Positions 31,805-41,658 of a stretch of DNA of 64,000 nt are shown in pieces. The number at the start of each line of letters is the position of its first letter. The first letter of the stretch is position 1. The stretch lies in assembly GCA_050011875.1 (NCBI GenBank), contig JBEKIG010000006.1, forward strand, positions 32,001 to 96,000, in the 5' to 3' direction. A program made the position numbers and the translations under genes. The notes under the pieces are model-generated. The model saw nothing but the letters and a program-made list of their open reading frames with translations. It made no database searches and was not told the DNA's origin. The stretch comes from Nitrososphaeria archaeon. Lineage in GTDB: Archaea > Thermoproteota > Nitrososphaeria > JACIWG01.

Positions 31805-33043
31805 ATGTCGGAGAAAAGGGCTAAAGTGGGTGTTATTGGATGCGGTTTGATTGGTCAATGGCACCTCCGGACCATCGCGGAATTGCATGCTGGAGGACTT
31901 ATAGAGCTCGCCGCAGTCTGCGACATTGTCGAAGATAGGGCGAAGGCTATTGGCGAGAAGTATCACGTACCCTATTTCACATCAGCAGAGAAGATGTTGG
32001 ACAATGATCTAGACTTCGTATACATTGCAACTGGAGACTTCACTCATCACGCTATAGCGAAGTTGGCGGCCGAGCACGGGAAGTCCGTCCTCGTCGAGAA
32101 GCCATTCGCAATGTCGCTCCCATGCTTCGATATGGTCATAAACGCATGTAAGAAAGCTAGTGTCTACTGGGAGTGTGCTGAGAACTACTGGGGAACGACC
32201 TTGGAGCTGGCTATGAAGAAGGTAATAGACCAAGGTGTGATCGGAGACGTCACTAGGACCTATGCCATTGACCCTTCTCCAGCTATTGGAAAGGGGCCTG
32301 CTTTCAGCGCTCACTCAGCTGCATTTAGACTGCATGACTGGGGTGTGCACCGCATGTCTCAAATACGTAGATTCGCTGGAAGCGACGCCAAAAAAGTCGT
32401 TGCAAAGACGAAGGTCTGTACGCCAGGAGAAGAATTCGATGATTGGGGCCACGCAATCGTGGAATTCGAGAACGGAGCTGTCGGCATCTGCGAGCTCGGA
32501 ATAGGAACAGCGGGCAAGGTCAATTACAGGGAAGTTGTAGGTACAAAGGGAATCATCCACATGCGGGGCATAAGAAACAATGGGCCTACCGAGCTTACAT
32601 TGCTTTCTGAAAATAAAGCCGTGCTCGAGGATAAGAACACGCGCGCGACGATAAGGCGCCCGACGATAAGGAACATCGATATACCTGTACAAACACTGTA
32701 CTGGGCGCCTGGTGCCGTAGCAGACTTGTCCGTCGAGAAGGTTGTAGTGTGGACGGATCCGCCGATCGTCTACGAAAACCCCTATGCCGATGTGGTTTCT
32801 ACAGAGTGGGGTACTGGATTTGCTAACTGTGTGATGAGTATAGCGAATGCTTGTGTCAAGGATAAATCACCAGTCTATGGTATCCAAGGTAGAAAGGATG
32901 TCGAGATGTGCGTTGCCATGTACGAGTCTAGTCTCAAAGGCATGGCGCCAATAAGTCTGCCGATAACGAGCTTGACCTCTTGGGAGCGGAATCTCCACGC
33001 GCTCTACAGGAAGACCTTCGGTAAAGATCCGACAGACGTTTAG
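31805..33043 (+). CDS. Gfo/Idh/MocA family oxidoreductase
   Basis: GVIGCGLIG, VLVEKP and DWGVH motifs. Confidence 0.92.
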   Translation: MSEKRAKVGVIGCGLIGQWHLRTIAELHAGGLIELAAVCDIVEDRAKAIGEKYHVPYFTSAEKMLDNDLDFVYIATGDFTHHAIAKLAAEHGKSVLVEKPFAMSLPCFDMVINACKKASVYWECAENYWGTTLELAMKKVIDQGVIGDVTRTYAIDPSPAIGKGPAFSAHSAAFRLHDWGVHRMSQIRRFAGSDAKKVVAKTKVCTPGEEFDDWGHAIVEFENGAVGICELGIGTAGKVNYREVVGTKGIIHMRGIRNNGPTELTLLSENKAVLEDKNTRATIRRPTIRNIDIPVQTLYWAPGAVADLSVEKVVVWTDPPIVYENPYADVVSTEWGTGFANCVMSIANACVKDKSPVYGIQGRKDVEMCVAMYESSLKGMAPISLPITSLTSWERNLHALYRKTFGKDPTDV

Positions 33044-33422
33044 GAACTCCGGTAAGGAGTAGGGGACCTGCATTTCGGCTCCTTGGGCAAAGTGGCCCGC
33101 TTGCTAATTGAACGCCGTAGGGTCAGCACCGAGTCTTTTGTAAGGGTTTCGGAGTTAAAGCTAGAAGATGGGCATTAATGTTGGTTTGTATTAAAGAAAT
33201 AGAAATTTTGTCATACCAGAGAAGGGGTGACCTTAGGCTCTTTTCCTTAGGGCTTTTCCTAAGGCTTTAAAATACAATATGTCGACAGATAATTTTTCAA
33301 CCATCATCAATTATCAACACCTATAATCAGTAACCATTAGCCAATTACATAATATACAACTTTCTATTCTCCTGAAGTATGACAGTATAGAAACTTTAAA
33401 GTAAAATGGAAAGTATGGTCTG

Positions 33423-35435
33423 TTGTTGCAGACAAAGGAAAAGGAACTAAAAGCTGAAAGAAGATCTAATACTAGTATTCGCGAAATTATCTTAGAGAAC
33501 TTCATGTCATACGAATATGCACGTGTTCCGCTTATCAAGGGATTGAATATCATCTGTGGCCCTAACGGGTCAGGAAAATCCTCCATATTATTGGGGATAT
33601 CCGTTGCAATGGGCCAGATCTACACTGAGCGGTCGAGAAAGTTAAGCGACCTAATAAGGCGCGATAAGGATCTAGGAAGGGTTACAATAGTCTTCGACAA
33701 TAAGCCTGTTGACGGTAAAAGGCCTGTTCCATACTCTAGGTCTGACTCCTTTATGCTCTCCAGATATTTGAGGAAGGATGGGTCGTACTGGTTTGAAGCA
33801 GACTACAAAGAGGTGAGCTCCGCCGAAGTTAAGGAAATCCTGGCGGGTCTGAACATCAACCCAGACAACATGCTGCTAATAATGCATCAGGGTATGGTTG
33901 AAGAATTTGCCATAGTCGACGCAGGGGACAAGTTAAGGATGGTCGAAGAAGTGGTTGGGTTAACGGGATACAGGGAGAAGGTTCTAGACTCCCAGAAAAG
34001 GCTTCAGACTTTGGTCAGCGAAGAGAGCTCAATAAAGCAGCTGATGGGAATGGCTGAAGAGACTTTAACTCATTGGAAGGACGTTTACGCGCGATTCCTA
34101 AAGAAACAGGAGCTTGTTACAAGGAGAGAAGCACTGACCAAAGAAAAGTTCTGGGTTCAAATGGCACGAGTGGAAAAAAGCATCGACGTTACCTTGAACA
34201 GGCTGGATATCAAGAAAAGAGACGTGGGTGAACTCTCATCGAAGGTGAAAGGGTCGGAGGAAAGGTCAAAGAATCTAGAAACGGATTTCCACACGTCATA
34301 CAATCAGCTTAAGAAGTCCTTTAGCGCGTTGACTTTTCTCGGATCCGATAAAAGCTCTTCTGATGCAAGAAGAAAAGCACTTTCTGAGATCATCAAGTCC
34401 TTTGAAATGATATCGAGCACAGTTGAGAAATATCTTGTAAACAGCAGGACCGAAGCAAGCGATCTTAAGACGTTACAAAGGGATCTGACCTTGCTGGTTG
34501 ATTCATGGAATAAAGAAGTGGAAATAGAGGCTCGAAAGGGCGTGGATACGTCTAATGAGATAGAAATGATCGAAAAATCCCTTTCTCAGAATGAAGAGGG
34601 GATGTTCAACCTAGTAAAGGAATACGCGGAAGAAAGTGCGAACCTCACACTTCTATCCTATAAAAGAAAGCAGTTAGAGACAGAGCTGGCTGAACTGGAA
34701 CGAGGTCTTCGAGAACTTAAGGAGGAGTTGGCTGCCCTCGAACTTCAAAAACCATCGATGGAAGCAAGAGTGGCTCCAAATAGGCAGCTGAACGAAATCG
34801 ACTCGGAACTTTCGTCGGTTAACGCGCAGATAGAAGTTTACGCTGATGTGCCGGATGAAGCGAAGAACATATTCGAAACCTATTCGTCTAAGTTCAACGA
34901 ACTGAAGGGGAGGCTGGAACTGGTTCTTGAGAACAAGAAGGTCATCTTGGCAGAACTCGAGGAGAGGAAGAAGGTCTGGCGTGAAGGCATAAACATGGTT
35001 CTTGAGTCCGTGAACCCGGTATATCAGGAAATCCTAAGAGGGCTGAACGCCTTCGGATACATCAGGATCGTCTACGAAGAAGAGTTCGAAAGGACGGGGC
35101 TTGAGCTTCTCATAGGGTTCAGGGGGACAACGCCTGCCATTTTGGACGCGTATACCCTGAGCGGAGGAGAAAGAAGCACAGCTACAATATCGTTCCTGCT
35201 GGCCCTTCAGAGGCTCTCCTCCTCACCTATCGTGGCCGTTGACGAATTCGATGTCCACATGGACCCCATCAACAGAGAGAGAATCTTCAGGTCGATATTC
35301 CAGAGGGCACAGGACGATGAAAAGCAGTACGTGATCATCACGCCGAGCCAAGTCAAGATCATGGGCGAAGACATAAACTACGTTGTTACCCAAACGATCG
35401 AAGGTAAGACGGAGGTCGGTGTAATTGCCAAATGA
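33423..35435 (+). CDS. Short SMC-family ATPase with SMC5/6-type head motifs
   Basis: LENFMS, Walker A GPNGSGKS, Q-loop MHQG, coiled coils, signature LSGGERS, Walker B/D-loop VDEFDVHMD, and QYVIITP. Confidence 0.9.
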   Translation: MLQTKEKELKAERRSNTSIREIILENFMSYEYARVPLIKGLNIICGPNGSGKSSILLGISVAMGQIYTERSRKLSDLIRRDKDLGRVTIVFDNKPVDGKRPVPYSRSDSFMLSRYLRKDGSYWFEADYKEVSSAEVKEILAGLNINPDNMLLIMHQGMVEEFAIVDAGDKLRMVEEVVGLTGYREKVLDSQKRLQTLVSEESSIKQLMGMAEETLTHWKDVYARFLKKQELVTRREALTKEKFWVQMARVEKSIDVTLNRLDIKKRDVGELSSKVKGSEERSKNLETDFHTSYNQLKKSFSALTFLGSDKSSSDARRKALSEIIKSFEMISSTVEKYLVNSRTEASDLKTLQRDLTLLVDSWNKEVEIEARKGVDTSNEIEMIEKSLSQNEEGMFNLVKEYAEESANLTLLSYKRKQLETELAELERGLRELKEELAALELQKPSMEARVAPNRQLNEIDSELSSVNAQIEVYADVPDEAKNIFETYSSKFNELKGRLELVLENKKVILAELEERKKVWREGINMVLESVNPVYQEILRGLNAFGYIRIVYEEEFERTGLELLIGFRGTTPAILDAYTLSGGERSTATISFLLALQRLSSSPIVAVDEFDVHMDPINRERIFRSIFQRAQDDEKQYVIITPSQVKIMGEDINYVVTQTIEGKTEVGVIAK

Positions 35436-36195
35436 TGAAAAGATAGAAAGGGTGCTGAGGGTTGTCGAAGCCCTGAGAACCGTCATTGGAAGCAGCTCCG
35501 ACCCGTTTAACGTCGACGTCAAAGCCCAAGTGGAGACCCTAAGGAAGCTTCTTCCGGAATGGAAGGAGCTCGGAGAAATCCTCATGGACGTCGAAGCGTT
35601 GAACCTGCTGTCGAGGGTCGTTGAGCTTCAGGAAAAATGGGTCAGATACCAGGCGTCATCCCTCTATGTTGACCCACTGCTCGTCGAGTTGAAGATAGTT
35701 GCGTCAGCTCCGGAGAAGCTGGCCGAAGTATTCACGGGGAGCTGGCACCCGATACTCAAGGTGGAACAGGTCTCTACAAGAGAACTGATGCGGGCCGTCG
35801 ACTACTGGAATGTCCTCCTACCCTTGGGGGAGCGGTACAGGGAAGAATTTGGTCAAGAAAGGGGACTTGCCTCTCTGAATGCGATGAGTCTGGTTGAGAT
35901 GAAGGTCTTGACAGAAGAGGAACTCAACAGGAGGATAGAAGAGGTCTACGGGGAGCTGGTTTCTCTGCTCGAGACACAGGGAAAGGTTGACTACTGGAAG
36001 TTCATACGTGGAAAAGACCTGAACGAGACGGTCACAAGGGCCGTGATACTTTCTCATGTAATATCTTCTGGACGCGCAAGCCTAGAGATCAAGCCTCTGG
36101 AAGAGAACATTTTCATCGTAAAGCATAACGCTGACAAGTACCCCAAATCTATGGCGATAGCCATTTCACCGACAAGAGGTGTAAGGGAAGAATGA
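35425..36195 (+). CDS. Kleisin (ScpA/Nse4-like) candidate
   Basis: Overlaps the SMC gene. N-terminal DPFNVDV resembles archaeal ScpA DPW.IDI. Helical N-domain and a C-terminal wHTH-like segment ending LEIKPLEENIFI. Confidence 0.65.
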   Translation: MPNDEKIERVLRVVEALRTVIGSSSDPFNVDVKAQVETLRKLLPEWKELGEILMDVEALNLLSRVVELQEKWVRYQASSLYVDPLLVELKIVASAPEKLAEVFTGSWHPILKVEQVSTRELMRAVDYWNVLLPLGERYREEFGQERGLASLNAMSLVEMKVLTEEELNRRIEEVYGELVSLLETQGKVDYWKFIRGKDLNETVTRAVILSHVISSGRASLEIKPLEENIFIVKHNADKYPKSMAIAISPTRGVREE

Positions 36196-36782
36196 GCGAT
36201 GAAGCAGAAGTAGCGATAAAAACCAAGAAGGCGCTCCAGGTCATACTTACGCCGAAGGCCAGAGCCCCCGGTGTCAAGGGCTGGGAACTGAAAAGGACGG
36301 TTGGGAAAGACTACTACTCAATAATCCAAGTCCTCGGCACTGAGCTGGACAAACTCGGTCTTTTAATTATGGTGGTGGGAGAAACCGGTGAACTGCCCCC
36401 TCAGGCCGAACCCGAACAGCTGGATGATGCGAGGTACTACATAGTATTCAAGGAACCTCTATCAACAAGGGAGGCCAGCCCTTCAGGGATGAGCGTCGAC
36501 GATATGGCCGCGTTAGCGATCACCCTGAGCTATCTGACATCCAAACGAGGAAAGGCGCCTGCGAACGAAGTGGAGAGGATGCTGAAAGATAAGCTGCCAA
36601 AGTGGAAGGTTGAATGGAACATGAGAAGGTTCGTCAGAAAGGGGTACATTATACATAACGATGATGATACACTTTCGATAGGTTGGAGGAGCCTAGTGGA
36701 AGTGGACTTCAAGTCTCTTCTGACATTACTGCTCGCGACTCCACAGGGGGAACCGAAAGAGCAAGAAACAAGTGAATCTTAG
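36192..36782 (+). CDS. KITE (ScpB/Nse1/Nse3-like) tandem winged-helix candidate
   Basis: ATGA overlap with the kleisin-like gene. 196 aa with two apparent wHTH units; the second ends RRFVRKGYI...LSIGWRSLVE, similar to the MAGE/Nse-type G.R..E wing. Confidence 0.6.
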   Translation: MSDEAEVAIKTKKALQVILTPKARAPGVKGWELKRTVGKDYYSIIQVLGTELDKLGLLIMVVGETGELPPQAEPEQLDDARYYIVFKEPLSTREASPSGMSVDDMAALAITLSYLTSKRGKAPANEVERMLKDKLPKWKVEWNMRRFVRKGYIIHNDDDTLSIGWRSLVEVDFKSLLTLLLATPQGEPKEQETSES

Positions 36783-37013
36783 AAACAGTTCCATAACCCT
36801 TTGGTAGATGTACATTGAGCTGTCTTGGCTTGTTTCTAAACTCAAAAGAGAAGATAGGAGCATACATCTCCAAACTATCAGGCGACAAAGAAGACTTCAT
36901 CAGCCGAAAGAATAAGCTGAAAAGGTTTATTTCCTCAAAGGGAAAACAAAATTATTTTTAATCTAGTTTAATTTCCAAAAATTCTTAAATATTGATGTAA
37001 ACTGAAGAATCCT

Positions 37014-37988
37014 ATGCCAGCAGATAAGATGAAAAAAATTCTGGTGACTGGTTCAACAGGTCAGATCGGTTCCGAACTTTCGATTGAATTACGAAGAAAA
37101 TATGGTAGCGAGAATGTAGTCACTGCAGGGCATAGGCGACAACTCGATGAGAAGTTGAAGTCTGGCCCATTCGAGTACATCGATGTCACTGATAAGGGTA
37201 GTATAGAAAAAATTATCAAAGAACATGATATTGACACGATCTATCATCTAGCAGCTATTCTCTCAGCAACAGGTGAAAAGGATCCTAAACTCGCCTGGAA
37301 TGTTAACATGACTGGGCTCTACAACATACTTGAAATATCAAAGGAGCGGGGACTGTATCGAGTCTTTTGGCCCAGCTCTATTGCAGTCTTCGGCCCTTCA
37401 GCACCACGCGTTAACACACCTCAGGAGACAGTTTTGATCCCAGGAACTATGTATGGCGTGTCGAAAGTGGCAGGAGAACTGTTGTGCAACTATTATCACC
37501 AAAAGTATGGGTTGGATATCCGTAGTGTTCGCTACCCTGGTATAGTAAGCAGCGAAACACCTCCAGGTGGAGGTACTACGGACTATGCTGTAGAAATATT
37601 TTACAAAGCTCTTAAGGATAAAAGGTATACATGCTTTGTAAGAGGGGATACAGTCCTACCTATGATGTATATGCCTGATTGCATCAAAGCGACCTTGGAT
37701 TTGATGGAAGCTGATACTTCAAGCATAAAGTGTCGTACTTCGTACAATCTGGCTGGAATGAGCTTTTCTGCAAGCGAATTGGCGTTGGAAATCAAAAGAT
37801 ATGTTCCCGATTTCGAATGCGATTACAAACCTGATTTCAGGCAGAAGATTGCCGATTCGTGGCCGATGTCTCTAGACGATGGTGTGGCAAGGAAAGAATG
37901 GGGTTGGAAGCCCCGCTACAACATGGCTTCCATGGTGAAGGATATGATTGAAAAGCTGGGAAAACGCTTCGCTGACGGAAATGCTTAG
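37014..37988 (+). CDS. tdh: L-threonine 3-dehydrogenase (SDR type)
   Basis: TGSTGQIG, LSATGE, PSSIAVFG, YGVSK and PGGGTTDYAV motifs. Adjacent to kbl. Confidence 0.9.
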   Translation: MPADKMKKILVTGSTGQIGSELSIELRRKYGSENVVTAGHRRQLDEKLKSGPFEYIDVTDKGSIEKIIKEHDIDTIYHLAAILSATGEKDPKLAWNVNMTGLYNILEISKERGLYRVFWPSSIAVFGPSAPRVNTPQETVLIPGTMYGVSKVAGELLCNYYHQKYGLDIRSVRYPGIVSSETPPGGGTTDYAVEIFYKALKDKRYTCFVRGDTVLPMMYMPDCIKATLDLMEADTSSIKCRTSYNLAGMSFSASELALEIKRYVPDFECDYKPDFRQKIADSWPMSLDDGVARKEWGWKPRYNMASMVKDMIEKLGKRFADGNA

Positions 37989-38026
37989 AAATAAATTATA
38001 AATAGGGGCTGTGCTCCAAGTAAGCC

Positions 38027-39229
38027 ATGTCTTCTCAGACTCCACCTAATAGAGATTTTCATTCATACATCAGGCAGAAATTAAAGGATATGGAAGTAAA
38101 TAACCTTCTTTGGAGGCCTAGAACGTTAGAGGGCCCCTCTGCTGTCTGGGCTGAGGTGCAAGGAAGAAAAGTTTTGGTTTTATCTTCAAACAATTATTTG
38201 AGCCTCTCAACTCATCCCAAATTGATCAAGGCAGCTAGGGAAGCTATCAGCAAATATGGTGTAGGTTCTGGCTCTGTTAGGCCGATCTCAGGAACCATGC
38301 GGTTACATCTAGAATTAGAGGAGAAGCTTGCAGAATATAAGAAAAAAGAGGCTTCGATAGTCTTCCCCTCAGGTTTCATGGTCAATTCTGGATCAATCCC
38401 TGCACTAGCAGGGCAAGGGGATCTCATAATAAGCGACGAGCTAAACCATGGGTCAATAATAGACGGGGTCAGATTATCTAGGGCAGAAAGAATGATCTAC
38501 CCTCACAAAAATTTTGGGAAACTGGAGGAGCTGCTTGAACAGAACGGTTCAAAGTATAACAGGATATTCATTATAACGGACGCTGTCTTTAGTATGGACG
38601 GAGATATCGCTCCAGTACCTCAATTAAATAAGGTTGCCAAACAGTACGGTGCCGCTCTTTATGTAGATGATGCACACGGTGATGGCGTTCTAGGTGAAGC
38701 AGGAAGAGGAGTTGTAAACCATTTCGGGCTAGAAGGAGAAGATATAATCGAAATGGGTACATTCAGCAAAGCATATGGTGTCGTAGGAGGATATCTTGCA
38801 GCAGGCAAAGATGTAGTTGATTATTTGAAGAATACCGCTAGAACCTATCTGTTGACGGGGTCAACACCTCCTCCGATAGCTGCAGCATGCAGGGCAGCTC
38901 TAGAAGTATGTGAAGAAGAACCACAGCTTATAGAATCGTTGTGGAAAAATACAAAATACTTCAAAGAAGGACTGAAGAAACTAGGCTTCAACACTGGCCA
39001 AAGCGAGACACCAATAACCCCAATCATAGTCGGCGATAACACGCGCGCAAACCAAATGGCAGAAGAAATATTCAAAGAGGATATCTACGCACTACCGATA
39101 GTCCATCCTATGGTTGCACAAGGAAGCGCAAGAATAAGAACTCAAGTCAACGCAAAGCACACCACAGAAGATTTGGACATAGCTCTAAGAGCGTTTGAGA
39201 AAGTAGGTAAGAGATTAGGGGTAATATAA
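38027..39229 (+). CDS. kbl: Glycine C-acetyltransferase (2-amino-3-ketobutyrate CoA ligase), PLP-dependent
   Basis: SNNYL, SDELNHGSIIDG, FSMDGD, DDAHG and TFSKA motifs. Paired with tdh. Confidence 0.88.
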   Translation: MSSQTPPNRDFHSYIRQKLKDMEVNNLLWRPRTLEGPSAVWAEVQGRKVLVLSSNNYLSLSTHPKLIKAAREAISKYGVGSGSVRPISGTMRLHLELEEKLAEYKKKEASIVFPSGFMVNSGSIPALAGQGDLIISDELNHGSIIDGVRLSRAERMIYPHKNFGKLEELLEQNGSKYNRIFIITDAVFSMDGDIAPVPQLNKVAKQYGAALYVDDAHGDGVLGEAGRGVVNHFGLEGEDIIEMGTFSKAYGVVGGYLAAGKDVVDYLKNTARTYLLTGSTPPPIAAACRAALEVCEEEPQLIESLWKNTKYFKEGLKKLGFNTGQSETPITPIIVGDNTRANQMAEEIFKEDIYALPIVHPMVAQGSARIRTQVNAKHTTEDLDIALRAFEKVGKRLGVI

Positions 39230-39389
39230 TATATAGTATTGGAAAAACTGCGAAGGGAAAGCCCAAAACATTCTGAGGTTCCTAAAAGGTTCAAGCAGCA
39301 TACATTTTCCTCCAACCTTCAAGACCCGAAAGATTTCTTCTATTGCTAAAAAAAGAAGAGGGATGACTCCAGAGATTCAAGCCTGAAAT

Positions 39390-39734
39390 TTACTTTGGAG
39401 CCGCTTGGGCTAACATCATCTGCAAGAGAGATGTAACGTACTCCATGGTTGGTGGATAGCTCTGCACGACAGGCACGAACTCGGTTCCTTTCTTCAGTAC
39501 CGGGCAGTATTTTCCGAATAGTTGTTCAAGGGTAGCAGGGTTAGGAGCAACCCAGACACAGAAAGCTCCATTAGGCGTTATATTATTATAGGAGAAGAGT
39601 AGATCAACACCTTTCGCGAGTTTTCCTTCTGAAAAAGCTTTGAAGAGCGCTAGAGTCTCTTTTGTGATAGCTGCGAATTGTTCAGGTTTCCATTTATGTA
39701 CGGCAACAAATAAAGCCATATCACTCGACAACAA
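39390..39734 (-). CDS. Small hypothetical protein, ferredoxin-like/dimeric alpha-beta barrel
   Basis: FVAVHKW...AFCVWVAP pattern. Likely start is the second Met (MALFV). Confidence 0.65.
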   Translation of the reverse strand: MLSSDMALFVAVHKWKPEQFAAITKETLALFKAFSEGKLAKGVDLLFSYNNITPNGAFCVWVAPNPATLEQLFGKYCPVLKKGTEFVPVVQSYPPTMEYVTSLLQMMLAQAAPK

Positions 39735-40057
39735 TTATTTTAAAATGATATATAAATGTTGTTAATTTTTTTGTTTTAAATCTTGTTATTTTTTTATATT
39801 TTTTATTTAATTACATTTAATTTGCAAAAAACCCTATTCTGATGATTCTTTGTAAGATACTAGGATAAATCAAACTTAGGTACATTTATATTCGCAAGCT
39901 TGTGTGGCGGGATTTCCTTCTGCCTGAACAAACAATGTTAACATTGTTTTAGCTATTGCAGTGGAATGTTGAGTAACTCGTGGAAAATGTTCTAAAATGG
40001 AACATTTAGATCAGGAAAGTTTCGTTCAATTATGCCCAACTCAGATGAGTAAAAATT

Positions 40058-40558
40058 TCAGTTATCTTGGTGTGTCGCTTCGTTCATCTGTTTGATTATT
40101 GCATCGGCGAACTGCCTCACTTTGTCGAGGTAAGTTTCTGTTTTCACTTCTTGCTTTTGTCTTAACATAAGCGCTGCTAACGGTTTCCTTTCGCATAGAG
40201 CCTCCATTTCTTCGAATGGGGCTTTCCCAGAGCCTCCCTGCGTGGTGAAGAATGCGACTTGTCTGAAGCTTTGTTTGTACTGTGTTATGTATGTCCTGAT
40301 GGGCGTAGACAATGTGCCACCCCAAACAGGGGTTCCGATTATAACCGCGTCATATGAGCCTGGGTCTTTCTTTGGGGGTTTAATTACGGTGAGTTTTTTT
40401 GCGCGGGCATCCCTGCCTGACCGCAGCCAGCCAAGGGCGCCTGCCCTTTTTTTTGTGTCGAACACTTCTTCAATGTCACTTCCCAAGATGTTTGAAATTG
40501 CCTCTGCAACCTTTTTCGTTGTCCCACTCCTAGAGAAGAACACTACTAGTGTTTTCAT
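40058..40558 (-). CDS. Flavodoxin family protein
   Basis: FSRSGTTKKVAE, IGTPVWGG and FFTTQGG motifs. Confidence 0.92.
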   Translation of the reverse strand: MKTLVVFFSRSGTTKKVAEAISNILGSDIEEVFDTKKRAGALGWLRSGRDARAKKLTVIKPPKKDPGSYDAVIIGTPVWGGTLSTPIRTYITQYKQSFRQVAFFTTQGGSGKAPFEEMEALCERKPLAALMLRQKQEVKTETYLDKVRQFADAIIKQMNEATHQDN

Positions 40559-40792
40559 AAAATCACCGTGAAAGTCTTATCGCGCTGTAAACTTGGCCGG
40601 AAATATGGTAATATTCAAGAATGCATTGATTCTGGCATGCTCCGCTTTGTCTAATACTGAAAGCCAGCCATTTCTTAATTTCCGAACCCCCTGCCGATGC
40701 TGAAAGGTTTCTCAAGTTTAACATCCAAAAATCACTAAACACAGATAATATAAATATTGGCTTTAAACCCAAAGCTTTGATGACGTGATAGA

Positions 40793-41464
40793 ATGAACGA
40801 AAATTTTCCGCCGGTAACAATCCGTGATTCAGAATTGAGGTTCCTTAAATCGACATTGTTGGGAAAAGAGTACAAGATTCAGGTCGCATTACCGGCAGGT
40901 TACGCTGAGAGCAAAGAAACGTATCCTGTTCTCTACCTGTTGGACGCAGATGTCTGCTTCGGCGATATCACTGAAACCGTTCGGTTCCTGGCAGCCTTTA
41001 GGAAAATGGCACGTATCGAGGTGCCCGATATGATCGTCGTCGGCATTGGGTATCCACTTGATCCTGCGAAGCCATCCGAATACTATGCAGGATGGTTTAA
41101 CGCGCGTGCTAAAGACCTTACGCCGACTAAGGACCCTACAGGTGAGTACAGTCCTTCCGGCGGAGCCAACGACTTTATGGCCTTCATCCGGGATGACCTC
41201 AAACCCTTGATCAACTCGAACTACAGAGCCAACCCAGAAGATAATACCATATATGGAGCTTCATATGGTGCTCTGTTTGCGCTATACGTACTCTTCCATA
41301 GGCCAGACACTTTCAATCGTTACATCGTCATAAGCCCATCATTATGGTGGGACAAGAAGGTAACATTCGATTATGAGCGTAAGTACGCCAATGAGCACAC
41401 TGAACTCCCCGCGAGACTGTTTCTATCCATAGGCTCACTAGAAAAAGAGGATTCGCAAGGTTAA
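40793..41464 (+). pseudogene. IroE/BesA-like alpha/beta esterase, 3'-truncated
   Basis: YPVLYLLD, VGIGYP, SGGA..F, GASYGA nucleophile and SPSLWW motifs. Stops right after SIGSLE, before the segment that carries the catalytic His. Confidence 0.7.
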
Positions 41465-41658
41465 GTAGCACAGAACATTCCTGACAGCATCAACCAGGCT
41501 TATGCCCCCGTCGAAGGTTAGCCGTGTTGCAAAGGAATTGTAATATCTACTGCCATTCTCCTAAATCTTCAGACTCTATTCCCTAACCAATCATCGTATT
41601 ATTTATAAAAGCTTAAATCTTAAGATGAAATTATTATATATTGGATTAGCGAGTTAAG

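Noticed and set aside
33423-36782. Wadjet (JetABCD/MksBEFG) or Rad50-Mre11 interpretation
   Set aside because: No Toprim JetD/MksG or Mre11 nuclease gene is adjacent, there is no zinc hook, the gene order is SMC-first, and the D-loop is DEFDVHMD rather than Rad50 DEPT or JetC DEAF.
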